A stretch of DNA of 64,000 bases, from the NCBI GenBank assembly GCA_030834695.1, contig JAUQXK010000140.1, forward strand, positions 23,170 through 87,169, given 5' to 3'. Below are positions 7,772-16,238 of this stretch, piece after piece. The notes beneath the pieces were generated by a model that was not told where the DNA came from, made no database searches, and saw nothing but the letters and a program-made list of their open reading frames with translations. Source of the stretch: Desulfobacterales bacterium (GTDB taxonomy: Bacteria; Desulfobacterota; Desulfobacteria; Desulfobacterales; SpSt-501). Every line of letters begins with the position of its first letter. Position 1 is the first letter of the stretch. The translations under genes were made by a program, and so were the position numbers.

Positions 7772-9271
7772 ATGAGCACACTTTCAGATATTGATGTCCG
7801 GGCCACCGTCAGCGCCTCGGTCATCGAGACATTCAGCTCCATGCTGTCCATGGAGATCAAGCCGGTTGAGGGGGAGCCCCCGCCCGGGCAGGGCATCCGG
7901 CGCATGGTGGGAACGCTCAATTTCGCAGGAAAAGTCACCGGCATCTTCAACACCCAGCTCACCTTTGATTTCGGACGCCTCATGGCATCGTCGCTGCTCG
8001 GAATGGAACCCGAGGAAGTCGAGTCCGGCACCGAGATCAGGGACCTCGTAGCTGAAATCACCAATATCGTCGGCGGCAATTTGAAATCCGCTCTGAACGA
8101 CAGCGGATACCCCTGCGTCCTCTCCACGCCCAGCATCACCTATGGAACCGACTTCAGCATCAAATCCCTCAACATGGACCGCTTTGACCGCTATGCGTTC
8201 CAGAAAGACGACCAGGTCCTGATCATCGAGGTCGGCCTCAAAGAACAAGAGGGGGCCGATTCCGGAATCGACTTCGGATCACCGGATGGCGCCAGCCGGG
8301 TACCGCATGTGGACCTTCAGAAGCTGGAGGCCCTGGACTACGGCAGACGGCTGGCCGACGCGGCCGTCGATGTGTTCGACACCATGTTCTCATTGAAGCT
8401 GGAGCGGATGGAACCCGTGTCGGCCGCAGGGCTCGAAGGGATGCGCTATATCTCCTCGGTGTGCTTTGCCGGCGACTCGACGGGGATCGTCAGTCTGCAT
8501 GTCGGCCAGGCGTTGTCACGCTTGATGGCGGCCAACATGCTGGGGATGGAGCCGGAGGAAATCGAAGGCACGAGCGAGATCGAAGACATGCTCGGGGAGC
8601 TGGGCAATATCGTGGGGGGCAACCTGAAATCGGCCTTGACCGATACCGGCCTGCGCTGCGCTCTGTCCACACCGTCCTTCACCATCGGCAGCGATTTCCA
8701 GATCGAGTCCCTCAACCTCGAACGCTTCGAGCGCCTCGCGTTCCGGCATGACAGCCACATCGTTTTGGTGGAAATGGGGCTGAAAATCTCCGAGCTCGTC
8801 AAAGCCGCGCCGCCCCCCGCCAGGGAGGTTCAACCCCGTGCCGAGGAGAGCAGGCCCCCGCCCGCCCGCCGGGATGCGCCCGTTGCCGCTGCGCCGGCGG
8901 CCCCGGCGGCCGCTCCTCCAAGGGCCCCGGCTCCGCCCGCAGCTCCGGCAGCCCCTTTCCAGGCCCAACCGGAGCCCTCCGCCACCCCGGAGGCGCGAGC
9001 CGCGCCGGAGGACCTCGGGCTCGACCTCCTGCTCGATATCCCGGTGGAACTCACGGTGGAACTGGGACGCACCAAGATGCCGATCCATGAACTGCTGAAG
9101 CTCCGCCCCGGCTCGGCCGTCAAGCTCGCCAAGCTGGAGGGCGAGGCCGTCGACATCCTGGCCAATGATGTTCTCATCGCCCGCGGGGAAGTGGTGGTCC
9201 GCCACGAAAAATACGGAATCCGAATCACCGAAATCACCAGCCGTGTGGAACGCCTGCGGGGACTCAAATAG
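7772..9271 (+). CDS. CheX-CheX-FliN fusion protein (FliY-like switch/phosphatase protein)
   Basis: Two tandem CheX/CheC-like modules, each with the E-x-x-N motif (AEITNIVGGNLKSAL and GELGNIVGGNLKSAL). These are followed by a Pro/Ala-rich linker and a C-terminal FliN/SpoA domain (LLLDIPVELTVELGRTKMPIHELLKLRPGSAVKL..GEVVVRHEKYGIRITEI). The start was chosen at MSTLSD (7772). Confidence 0.8.
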   Translation: MSTLSDIDVRATVSASVIETFSSMLSMEIKPVEGEPPPGQGIRRMVGTLNFAGKVTGIFNTQLTFDFGRLMASSLLGMEPEEVESGTEIRDLVAEITNIVGGNLKSALNDSGYPCVLSTPSITYGTDFSIKSLNMDRFDRYAFQKDDQVLIIEVGLKEQEGADSGIDFGSPDGASRVPHVDLQKLEALDYGRRLADAAVDVFDTMFSLKLERMEPVSAAGLEGMRYISSVCFAGDSTGIVSLHVGQALSRLMAANMLGMEPEEIEGTSEIEDMLGELGNIVGGNLKSALTDTGLRCALSTPSFTIGSDFQIESLNLERFERLAFRHDSHIVLVEMGLKISELVKAAPPPAREVQPRAEESRPPPARRDAPVAAAPAAPAAAPPRAPAPPAAPAAPFQAQPEPSATPEARAAPEDLGLDLLLDIPVELTVELGRTKMPIHELLKLRPGSAVKLAKLEGEAVDILANDVLIARGEVVVRHEKYGIRITEITSRVERLRGLK

Positions 9272-9377
9272 CTTACCCCGGCAATAAAATATGTTCCATT
9301 CGGCCCTATCACTCATCGGCGGGGCGCCCCGCCGAACCTCAGCTCAAGTTGAACCTGTTTGCTTGCCGGAGTAATAA
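9272..9377 (+). repeat. ~100-nt MITE-like repeat with TIR TTATTGCYCCGGCAA, copy (family B)
   Basis: Left end cttaCCCCGGCAAtaaa and right end TTGCCGGAGtaataa, with core ..TTCCATTCGGCCCTATCACTCATCGGCGG.. shared with the four other copies. It fills the gap between the stop at 9271 and the glpK stop at 9383 exactly. Confidence 0.75.
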
Positions 9378-9382
9378 TAACG

Positions 9383-10876
9383 TTACCTTCGGCTTTTCAC
9401 GCGTTCCACCGCCTCCGCCCAGCCGCGCTGAAGCTGCCGGCGCCTTTCCGGCTCGATCTTAGGCCTGAAGGTCTTCTCCGAGGTCCGCAGCGCCGCAACG
9501 TCCGCGCCGGATTTCCAGAACCCCACCGCCAGCCCCGATAGAAACGCCGCCCCCATGGCGGTAGACTCCAGGTAACGGGAGCGGTCGACGGGGCAACCGA
9601 GCAAATCCGCTTGGAACTGCATTAGAAAATCGTTGCGGCAGGCTCCGCCGTCCACCCGCAGCTCGGCGAGTTTCAGCCCGGTGGCCGTTTCCAGGGCCTC
9701 CGTCAGGTCTTTGGTCTGGAAGGCGATGCTCTCCAGAGCCGCGCGCACGATGTGCGCCCGGCTCGTACCGCGGGTAATACCCAGAATGCCGCCGCGGGCG
9801 TACATGTCCCAGTGCGGTGCGCCGAGTCCCGCAAAGGCCGGAACGACGTGCACCCCCCCGGAGTCCGTGACGCTTTCGGCCAGGGCCTGGGTCTCCGCCG
9901 CCGACCCGATCAGGCCCAGCCCGTCGCGCAGCCACTGAACCACGGCGCCGGCGATGAACACCGAGCCCTCCAGCGCGTAGCAGGGCCTCCCGCCGGCGTC
10001 GCAGGCCAGCGTCAGGAGCAACCCCGGTCCCGGATCGACCGGCGCCCGGCCGGCGTTGAGCAACAGAAAGCAGCCGGTCCCGTAGGTGTTCTTGGCTTGT
10101 CCGGCTTCAAAGCAGGCCTGTCCGAACAGGGCCGCCTGCTGATCGCCGGCGATGCCGGCGATGGGGATCTCGGCGCCGACGACGGCGGGGTCGGTCCGGC
10201 CGGCGATGGTGGCGGAGGGCACCACTTCCGGCAGAAGCGCTGCGGGGATGTCGAGCCAATCCAGCAGATCCGGGTCCCAGATCCGCTCGTGAATGTTGAA
10301 CATCAACGTCCGGGAGGCGTTGGTGCAGTCCGTGACATGCACCCGCCCGCCGGTCAGCCGGGCGATCAACCAGCTGTCCACCGTCCCGAAGGCGAGTTCC
10401 CCGAACCCGGCTCGCGCGCGCAAGCCGGGGATCTCATCCAGCAGCCACTTGAGCTTGGTCCCGGAAAAATAGGCATCCAGCAGCAGTCCGGTGCGTTCAC
10501 GAAACGGCTCCTCCAGGCCCTGGGCTTTCAGCTTTTCACATATGCCGGCGGAGCGCCGGCATTGCCAAACGATGGCGTTGTGAACCGGGCGGAGCGTTCG
10601 GCGCTCCCACACCACCGTGGTCTCGCGCTGGTTGGTGATCCCCACGGCGGCGATGCGGTCCGGCGTCAGGGCGCCGGCGGCCAAGGCCTGGCGCATGACC
10701 TGCAAAGTGGTCTGCCAGATCATCTCCGGGTCGTGCTCGACCCATCCCGGGCGGGGGTAGATCTGCGGAAACTCGGAATAGGCATCGGCGACCGGATGGC
10801 CGGCGGCGTTGACGATCAAGACCCGCGAACCGGTCGTGCCCTGGTCGATGGCTAGAATGTATTTTTCCAAGAACAA
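9383..10876 (-). CDS. glpK: Glycerol kinase
   Basis: 497 aa. Starts [17 protein letters not shown]. Full-length FGGY-family sugar kinase with strong GlpK-like conservation ([29 protein letters not shown]). Confidence 0.95.
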   Translation of the reverse strand: MFLEKYILAIDQGTTGSRVLIVNAAGHPVADAYSEFPQIYPRPGWVEHDPEMIWQTTLQVMRQALAAGALTPDRIAAVGITNQRETTVVWERRTLRPVHNAIVWQCRRSAGICEKLKAQGLEEPFRERTGLLLDAYFSGTKLKWLLDEIPGLRARAGFGELAFGTVDSWLIARLTGGRVHVTDCTNASRTLMFNIHERIWDPDLLDWLDIPAALLPEVVPSATIAGRTDPAVVGAEIPIAGIAGDQQAALFGQACFEAGQAKNTYGTGCFLLLNAGRAPVDPGPGLLLTLACDAGGRPCYALEGSVFIAGAVVQWLRDGLGLIGSAAETQALAESVTDSGGVHVVPAFAGLGAPHWDMYARGGILGITRGTSRAHIVRAALESIAFQTKDLTEALETATGLKLAELRVDGGACRNDFLMQFQADLLGCPVDRSRYLESTAMGAAFLSGLAVGFWKSGADVAALRTSEKTFRPKIEPERRRQLQRGWAEAVERVKSRR

Positions 10877-10980
10877 TCCTCCTGCGGCGGGTTGGTTTCG
10901 TTGGAACCGGTCTTTTTTCCGCGCGATGCTCGATACGGGATGCTGGATACTGGATGAGCTCGTGAAAAATCATCCGAATC

Positions 10981-11105
10981 GATGACTTCGTAAAGAGGCC
11001 AAGATCAAGGCGCGCGAATCTCGTGCCGCGAGGCGTACTTTCCGTACGCCGCAGCGGCAACGAGATGACGCGCAACGCAGAGATTGGGCTATTTACGAAG
11101 TCATC
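10981..11105 (+). repeat. 125-nt structured repeat, copy 2 (family A)
   Basis: Near-identical to copy 1 except for the central hairpin loop (TTTCC versus GGACC). The stop codon of the YbaK-like gene (11093..11095) lies inside its right arm. Confidence 0.9.
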
Positions 11106-11656
11106 TTCTGTGGTACGCGGATCACCTGCAGCGAATGCCCCGTCAGCGCGACGAATCGCTCCACTTCCTGCCGGGATATCACCAGCGTGGCCGTGTTCAC
11201 GAGCGGGTGAAATTGAAACGCGTCGGACTGCCAGAGATCTTCGTCCACAAAAAGGCTGACCGCGCCGCCCGGATCATTGAAGACCGCCAGCAGCGTCACG
11301 GCCCCGGGTTCGACGCCCAGGCAGCGCTGGAGGCGGTCGGCCGAACCGAAACCCAGACGGTTGGCGCCGATCGCCCCGGAGAGAGCCCGCAGGTCCACCT
11401 GCTTGGCCGCCGGCACGCAGACCAGGAAATGCCGGCGACCGGGCTGGTCCCGCAGGAAAAGGTTCTTGGTCCTGGCGCCGGGCAGCGGCGGCACCCGGCG
11501 CGCCGCCTCTTCGACGGTAAAAACCGCCGGATGCTCGCAGCGCTGGTAGACGATGCGGTGTTCGGCCAAAAAGGCATAAAAAGGCAACGGGTCCACAGGG
11601 ACGAATCTCCTCAAGTTATAATGCTCACCGGCGGCCCTCCCCGCCTCAAAGTGCAT
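11093..11656 (-). CDS. YbaK/ProX-family aminoacyl-tRNA deacylase domain protein
   Basis: Conserved YbaK/EbsC-type segments (HPAVFTVEEA..., TKNLFLRD, LGVEPGAVTLLAV, HPLVNTATLVIS). Start is uncertain: ATG at 11656 was chosen, while the track ORF extends to 11734. Confidence 0.7.
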   Translation of the reverse strand: MHFEAGRAAGEHYNLRRFVPVDPLPFYAFLAEHRIVYQRCEHPAVFTVEEAARRVPPLPGARTKNLFLRDQPGRRHFLVCVPAAKQVDLRALSGAIGANRLGFGSADRLQRCLGVEPGAVTLLAVFNDPGGAVSLFVDEDLWQSDAFQFHPLVNTATLVISRQEVERFVALTGHSLQVIRVPQKMTS

Positions 11657-11814
11657 CGACCGAACGGCTGGCGTGATATATAAATCGACGCAAGCGCAGC
11701 GGTCAACCGGAAAGCGGCGCGATGGCCTTGACACGTGAATGAATCTGCCGCTATAGGGAAATGCATTTTATGCCTAGCGATTCCAATCGGCAACGCAACT
11801 CAAACGGAGGCTTC

Positions 11815-12792
11815 ATGGCTGAAAACAGACTGCTCTACCTCTCCCAGGCCGACGTCGTCGCCACGGGTCTTTCCATGGCCGAAATCATCGCCGCGCTTGA
11901 AACCGCTTTTCGCGCCAAGGGCGAAGGCCGCACCGAAATGCCCCCCAAACCGGGCGTGCATCCCGGCGGCGGCAATAATTTCATCCATGCCATGCCGGCT
12001 TACATCCAGGACCTGCAATCCGCCGGGGTCAAATGGGTAAGCGGCTTTCCGGAAAACTACAAGCAGGGCCTGCCCTACATCACGGGGCTGCTCATCTACA
12101 ATGACGTGGCCACCGGCCTGCCCCTGGCCGTCATGGACTGCGTCTGGATCACCGCCAAGCGCACCGGAGCCGCCAGCGCCATCGCCGGGCGCCGCCTGGC
12201 CCGGCCGGAGTCCGCGGTGATGGGCATGTTGGGATGCGGCGTGCAGGGGCGCAGCCACGCCGAGGCTTTCCACGTGCTGTTTCCGCTCAAGAAAATTCTG
12301 GCTTATGATCAGGACCCCGCGGCGGCGCAAGGCTACGCTGAAGAAATCGGCAAACGCCTGAGCGTCGAGGCCGTCCCGGTCAAGACCCCGCGCGAGGCCG
12401 TGAGCGGCTGCGACATCGTGGTCACGGCCGGCCCCATCCTGAAGACGCCCCACGCCACCATCCAGGCCGGATGGCTGGAGGCCGGCGCCTTCGCGTCGCT
12501 GGTGGACTACGATTCCTACTGGAGCCGGGAGGCCCTGGCTCAGGCCGACAAGTTCTGTACGGACGATGTGCCGCAGCTGCGCTTGTACCAGTCCCTGGGG
12601 TACTTCCAGAACATACCGTCGATTCACGCCGATCTCGGCGAACTGGCCACCGGCAAGAAAAAAGGCCGCGAAACCCCCGCCGAGCGCACCATGACCGCCA
12701 ACCTCGGCCTGGCCATCGACGACATGGCGGTCGCTCCGCTGCTCTATCGGCGCGCCCAGGAAAAAGGCATCGGGACCTGGCTGCCCCTATAA
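11815..12792 (+). CDS. Ornithine cyclodeaminase/mu-crystallin family protein
   Basis: ATG at 11815 with AACGGAGG just upstream. OCD/mu-crystallin-like Rossmann segment (MGMLGCGVQGRSHAEAF) and an overall length of about 325 aa. Confidence 0.8.
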   Translation: MAENRLLYLSQADVVATGLSMAEIIAALETAFRAKGEGRTEMPPKPGVHPGGGNNFIHAMPAYIQDLQSAGVKWVSGFPENYKQGLPYITGLLIYNDVATGLPLAVMDCVWITAKRTGAASAIAGRRLARPESAVMGMLGCGVQGRSHAEAFHVLFPLKKILAYDQDPAAAQGYAEEIGKRLSVEAVPVKTPREAVSGCDIVVTAGPILKTPHATIQAGWLEAGAFASLVDYDSYWSREALAQADKFCTDDVPQLRLYQSLGYFQNIPSIHADLGELATGKKKGRETPAERTMTANLGLAIDDMAVAPLLYRRAQEKGIGTWLPL

Positions 12793-12898
12793 ACCCGGCC
12801 GCGACAGGCGGTCTGATTTACAATCGAGCATCAAGTATCCGGCATCCAGCATCACGGTGCGAGCGCAACCCTGGCTGCGGTGGAGGGATCGAAGCTAA

Positions 12899-14074
12899 AT
12901 GAACAACGACCGAACCTACGACATCGTCATCACCGGCGGCGGCATCATGGGCAGCGCCACCGCCTATTACTTGAGCCGCATGGCGCCCGGCCTGAAGATG
13001 GCCGTGGTGGAGCGCGACCCGTCCTATGCCCGGGCCTCCACCACGCTCTCGATGAGCAACGTGCGCATCCAGTTCAGCCTGAAGGAGAACATCCTGATCT
13101 CCCAATACGCCGTCCAGGTCCTCGATGCATTCGAAGAGGAAATGACGGTTGAGGACCGCCGGCCTCGGATTTATTACCATCGCGACGGCAACCTTTTTCT
13201 GGTGGGCGAGCAGAATCTGCAGGCCGCCCGGCGCGCCTACGATCTGCAGCTCAGCCTGGGCTGCCGCGTGCAGTGGTGGTCGCCGGAGCAGATCAAAGCA
13301 CATTACCCGCTCTACGATACGTCGGGCATGGTCGGCGGCACCTTCGGCCCCGACGACGGCCATTTCGACGCCTATGCCGCGTTGATGGCCTACAAGGCCA
13401 AGGCCCGGTCGCAGGGCGCGCACTACCTTAAGGGCGAGGTGGTGCGGATTCGGACCGCCGGCGGCCGGGCGGAGGGGGTGGATCTGGGTTCCGGCGAAAC
13501 ACTGTCCGCCGGATGCGTGGTCAACTGCGGTGGTGCCTGGGCGGCCCAGATTGCGGAAACCGCAGGGGTGAAGCTGCCGGTGATCCCGGTCAAACGCCAG
13601 GTGTTCGCTCTCGATCCGGCCGTCAAGCCGGAGGGGCCGCTGCCCCTGACCGTGTTGCTTTCGGGTCTCTATTTCCGCACCGAGACCGGCGGCCTGATCC
13701 TGCTCGGCAAATCCATGGAAGAGGACCCGGTGGGATTCAATTTCGCCTGGGACGACCAGCGCTTCATGGAGATTCTCTGGCCGGAGCTCGCCGAGTTCGT
13801 CCCGGCCTGGGACCGGCTCAAGCTGGTGCGCGGCTGGGCCGGGCTGTACGATGTCAACACCCTGGACCACAACGCGATCATCGGCGAGTGGCCGGAGATC
13901 GGCGGATTATTCCTTGCCACCGGTTTCTCCGGCCATGGCCTGCAGCAGGGGCCGGCGGTGGGCCGATACCTGGCGGAGTTGATCTTGAAGCAGCCCGCGT
14001 CGCTGGATCTCTCCATTTTCAACCCGCGCCGCGTTCTGGAGAACAAGCCGCTGAGCGAAGCCGGAATCGTGTGA
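12899..14074 (+). CDS. FAD-dependent oxidoreductase (DAO family, sarcosine/D-amino-acid oxidase-like)
   Basis: N-terminal dinucleotide-binding motif YDIVITGGGIMGSATAYYL and C-terminal GFSGHGLQQGPAVG, both typical of DAO-family flavoenzymes. Confidence 0.85.
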   Translation: MNNDRTYDIVITGGGIMGSATAYYLSRMAPGLKMAVVERDPSYARASTTLSMSNVRIQFSLKENILISQYAVQVLDAFEEEMTVEDRRPRIYYHRDGNLFLVGEQNLQAARRAYDLQLSLGCRVQWWSPEQIKAHYPLYDTSGMVGGTFGPDDGHFDAYAALMAYKAKARSQGAHYLKGEVVRIRTAGGRAEGVDLGSGETLSAGCVVNCGGAWAAQIAETAGVKLPVIPVKRQVFALDPAVKPEGPLPLTVLLSGLYFRTETGGLILLGKSMEEDPVGFNFAWDDQRFMEILWPELAEFVPAWDRLKLVRGWAGLYDVNTLDHNAIIGEWPEIGGLFLATGFSGHGLQQGPAVGRYLAELILKQPASLDLSIFNPRRVLENKPLSEAGIV

Positions 14075-14155
14075 GCGCATCCGCGGGAATCGACGGGAAC
14101 GGTGAGTTTATCCGTCGACCGGGACCTTGAATCCGCCGTAGGCCCTGCTGCGGTT

Positions 14156-15367
14156 CTATCGCCGATTGTCTTCCTCTACACAGGCACGGAGTCGATCCTG
14201 GAAATCCGGAATGGCGGCGGCAATCCGCACCCAGGCGGGCAGCATCGGAATACCGACCGGGTCGGCGACGAACTCGGCAATGGCGCAGCGCAATGAGCTG
14301 ACAAACGCTTCCACGGCATCAATCTCTTCATGACGGTCATAGAACAATCCGTTGATCAGCGACAGGCCGTGATATTTTTCGACGGCGATCTGCGCCTCCT
14401 GCATGTAGGCGGTCAATACCGTCCGGAAGAAGGCATCACTCATCACGATGCCGTCCTGTGACAGAAAGCGGAACAAGGCTTTGGCGATGTCGCAGGCCAT
14501 GCGGATCAGACCTTCTTGCGGCCGGTCCTTCTTCAGCACCTGGTGCTTGTGCTCATAGTTTTCGGCGATCTCGACCTGACAGATGCGATTCACCGACGCC
14601 CGCTGGTAGATTTCGCTCAACAGCGAGATTTCGAGGCCCCAGGTGGGCGAGATGCGGATTCCGGTGGCCAGGCTCGCCATCAGGGCAAACTCGCCGGACA
14701 GGGCGTAGCGAAAGTTGTCGAGATATGAAAGAAAGAGATTTTGCCCCAGGATCCGGCGCAGCGATCGAATCAGCGGAGTATAGAACAGCCGGGTAACCCG
14801 GCCGTAAAGCTTGTTGGTGACGCGCGCGTAGTAACCCTTGCTGAACTCGAATTCCGTGGCCGGGTGCACGACGGGATAGACCAGCCGGGCCAGCATCTCC
14901 CGGTTGTAGTTGACGATGTCGCAGTCGTGCGTGGCGACGGCGTATACACCGGGTTCGGACAGGATGTAACCCAACGTCATCCACACCGATTGCCCCTTCC
15001 CGGGATACTCAAGGTTGAACGTGGCTTCCCGGAGTTCACCGTAGAGGGCCTGCATGCCCGGGCCGTCATGCCACACGATTTTAGCGTCGATCGGAACCTC
15101 TCCGATAAACCGTTTGACCTGCTCGAATTGAGCCCGCTCGGCGCGGTCCAACGAAATGACGATCCGATGAAGGTAATGGACCTTCTTCAATTCGCCCAGG
15201 ATCCGGGGCATCGCCGGGGTTTCAAATTCCGCGTAGAGCGCCGGCAACAACAGAACGATTATTCTGCGCTGGGCAATCGCCTCAATCTCCTTCTCGAGCT
15301 CCTCGATCGGCCTGTTTTTCAACCGCTGCAGGACGGTGATGGCGCCTTGCTGCCAAAAATCAGCCAT
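14156..15367 (-). CDS. Glycosyltransferase, glucosyl/mannosyl-3-phosphoglycerate synthase-like
   Basis: 403 aa with a GT-A-type layout. It has the motifs GKGQSVW and ATHDCDIVNY (DxD-like). From memory it resembles GpgS/MpgS-type enzymes; the family assignment is tentative. Confidence 0.6.
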   Translation of the reverse strand: MADFWQQGAITVLQRLKNRPIEELEKEIEAIAQRRIIVLLLPALYAEFETPAMPRILGELKKVHYLHRIVISLDRAERAQFEQVKRFIGEVPIDAKIVWHDGPGMQALYGELREATFNLEYPGKGQSVWMTLGYILSEPGVYAVATHDCDIVNYNREMLARLVYPVVHPATEFEFSKGYYARVTNKLYGRVTRLFYTPLIRSLRRILGQNLFLSYLDNFRYALSGEFALMASLATGIRISPTWGLEISLLSEIYQRASVNRICQVEIAENYEHKHQVLKKDRPQEGLIRMACDIAKALFRFLSQDGIVMSDAFFRTVLTAYMQEAQIAVEKYHGLSLINGLFYDRHEEIDAVEAFVSSLRCAIAEFVADPVGIPMLPAWVRIAAAIPDFQDRLRACVEEDNRR

Positions 15368-15400
15368 TCAGCCCCCCTTCCGCCCGAGATGAGCTGGGAA

Positions 15401-15598
15401 TCAGTGTATGGGGCATTCCGCTCGACGCGCGGCAGCGAGTAAAAATACGGAGCTGACCAGCGCAGGCGCGGCAACGACAAGCCCGATGAACGGCAGCGTG
15501 ATCAGACTGATCACGGCGATCACCGCCCCGACCACCAGAAGAGTGATGCCGGCGCCGACGCTGAAAAGCCTCTCAGCGAGGCAGGATGTCGGATTCAT
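15401..15598 (-). CDS. Small two-TM membrane protein (hypothetical)
   Basis: ATG at 15598 is preceded by AAGGAGGA at about 6 nt. The 65-aa product has two hydrophobic helices (GAGITLLVVGAVIAVISLITLPFIGLVVAAPALVSSVFLL). Confidence 0.55.
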   Translation of the reverse strand: MNPTSCLAERLFSVGAGITLLVVGAVIAVISLITLPFIGLVVAAPALVSSVFLLAAARRAECPIH

Positions 15599-15776
15599 GG
15601 TTTTCCTCCTTGTTTCGGTCCTGCCCGGGATCGACCGACCGGCAGAGACAGCAGCGATCATCGCTGCACCGCTGGCAGCCGAAGCAGTCCCGGCAGGGAT
15701 GCTTTTTCGAGGCGGCCGGACAGGGCTTCGGCACGTACACTTTGCCGATCAGTCCTGGAACCCGCACGAATGTCAC
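15573..15776 (-). CDS. Small Cys-rich protein (hypothetical)
   Basis: GTG at 15776 is preceded by AAGGAGG at 5 nt. The 67-aa product has a dense Cys cluster (PCPAASKKHPCRDCFGCQRCSDDRCCLCR). It overlaps the next small ORF by 26 nt. Confidence 0.45.
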   Translation of the reverse strand: MTFVRVPGLIGKVYVPKPCPAASKKHPCRDCFGCQRCSDDRCCLCRSVDPGQDRNKEENHESDILPR

Positions 15777-16111
15777 GCGGTCCTCCTTTTCAAGCCTCAT
15801 GGCAAATTTTAATGCAGAGCGCTTCACATGCAAGCAGCGCTGATCCGAAGGCTTCAAAATCCCCTCGCCTCCGATCACAGCCACGTTGGCTTTTTTGTTA
15901 AAAACCTTTATTAAGGGAACATGGCAGGGGCCAGACCGACCCGTGCCCCCGCGGAAAGCCTCTTGTGTCGTTGGGCCGGTGAGAGAGGTCCCTGTTCATG
16001 AGGGCTGCGGAAGGAGCGCCCGCCGGCGGATGAAGGACCGGCCGTGCGCAGGCCCAAAATCAGAGAATGGCCTCCCCGGATCTTTCGGAGCGCTGCGATC
16101 GTGACCCTGCC

Positions 16112-16219
16112 GGCCGTCGTCGGCAACTTCGGGGCCAGCTTTCATTTTGTAAGACCGTTCCCTCCCCGTCGATGAGCGATATGGCCGTATCGAACATATT
16201 TTATTGCCGGAGCAATAAA
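16112..16219 (-). repeat. Family B MITE-like repeat, inverted copy
   Basis: The reverse complement reads TTATTGCTCCGGCAATAAAATATGTTCGATACGGCCATATCGCTCATCGACGG..., matching copies at 9272, 18200 and 28971. The left boundary is approximate. It lies 20 nt upstream of the PAS-LuxR start. Confidence 0.65.
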
Positions 16220-16238
16220 ACAAAGAGAGGATGATATC

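Noticed and set aside
16150-16190. GATGAG...stem...AAC in the family B repeat core, reminiscent of a hammerhead ribozyme core (CUGAUGA / GAAA)
   Set aside because: The sequence is UCGAUGAG rather than CUGAUGAG, and the GAAA strand is incomplete (AAC). The putative stem II is not maintained in the other copies.
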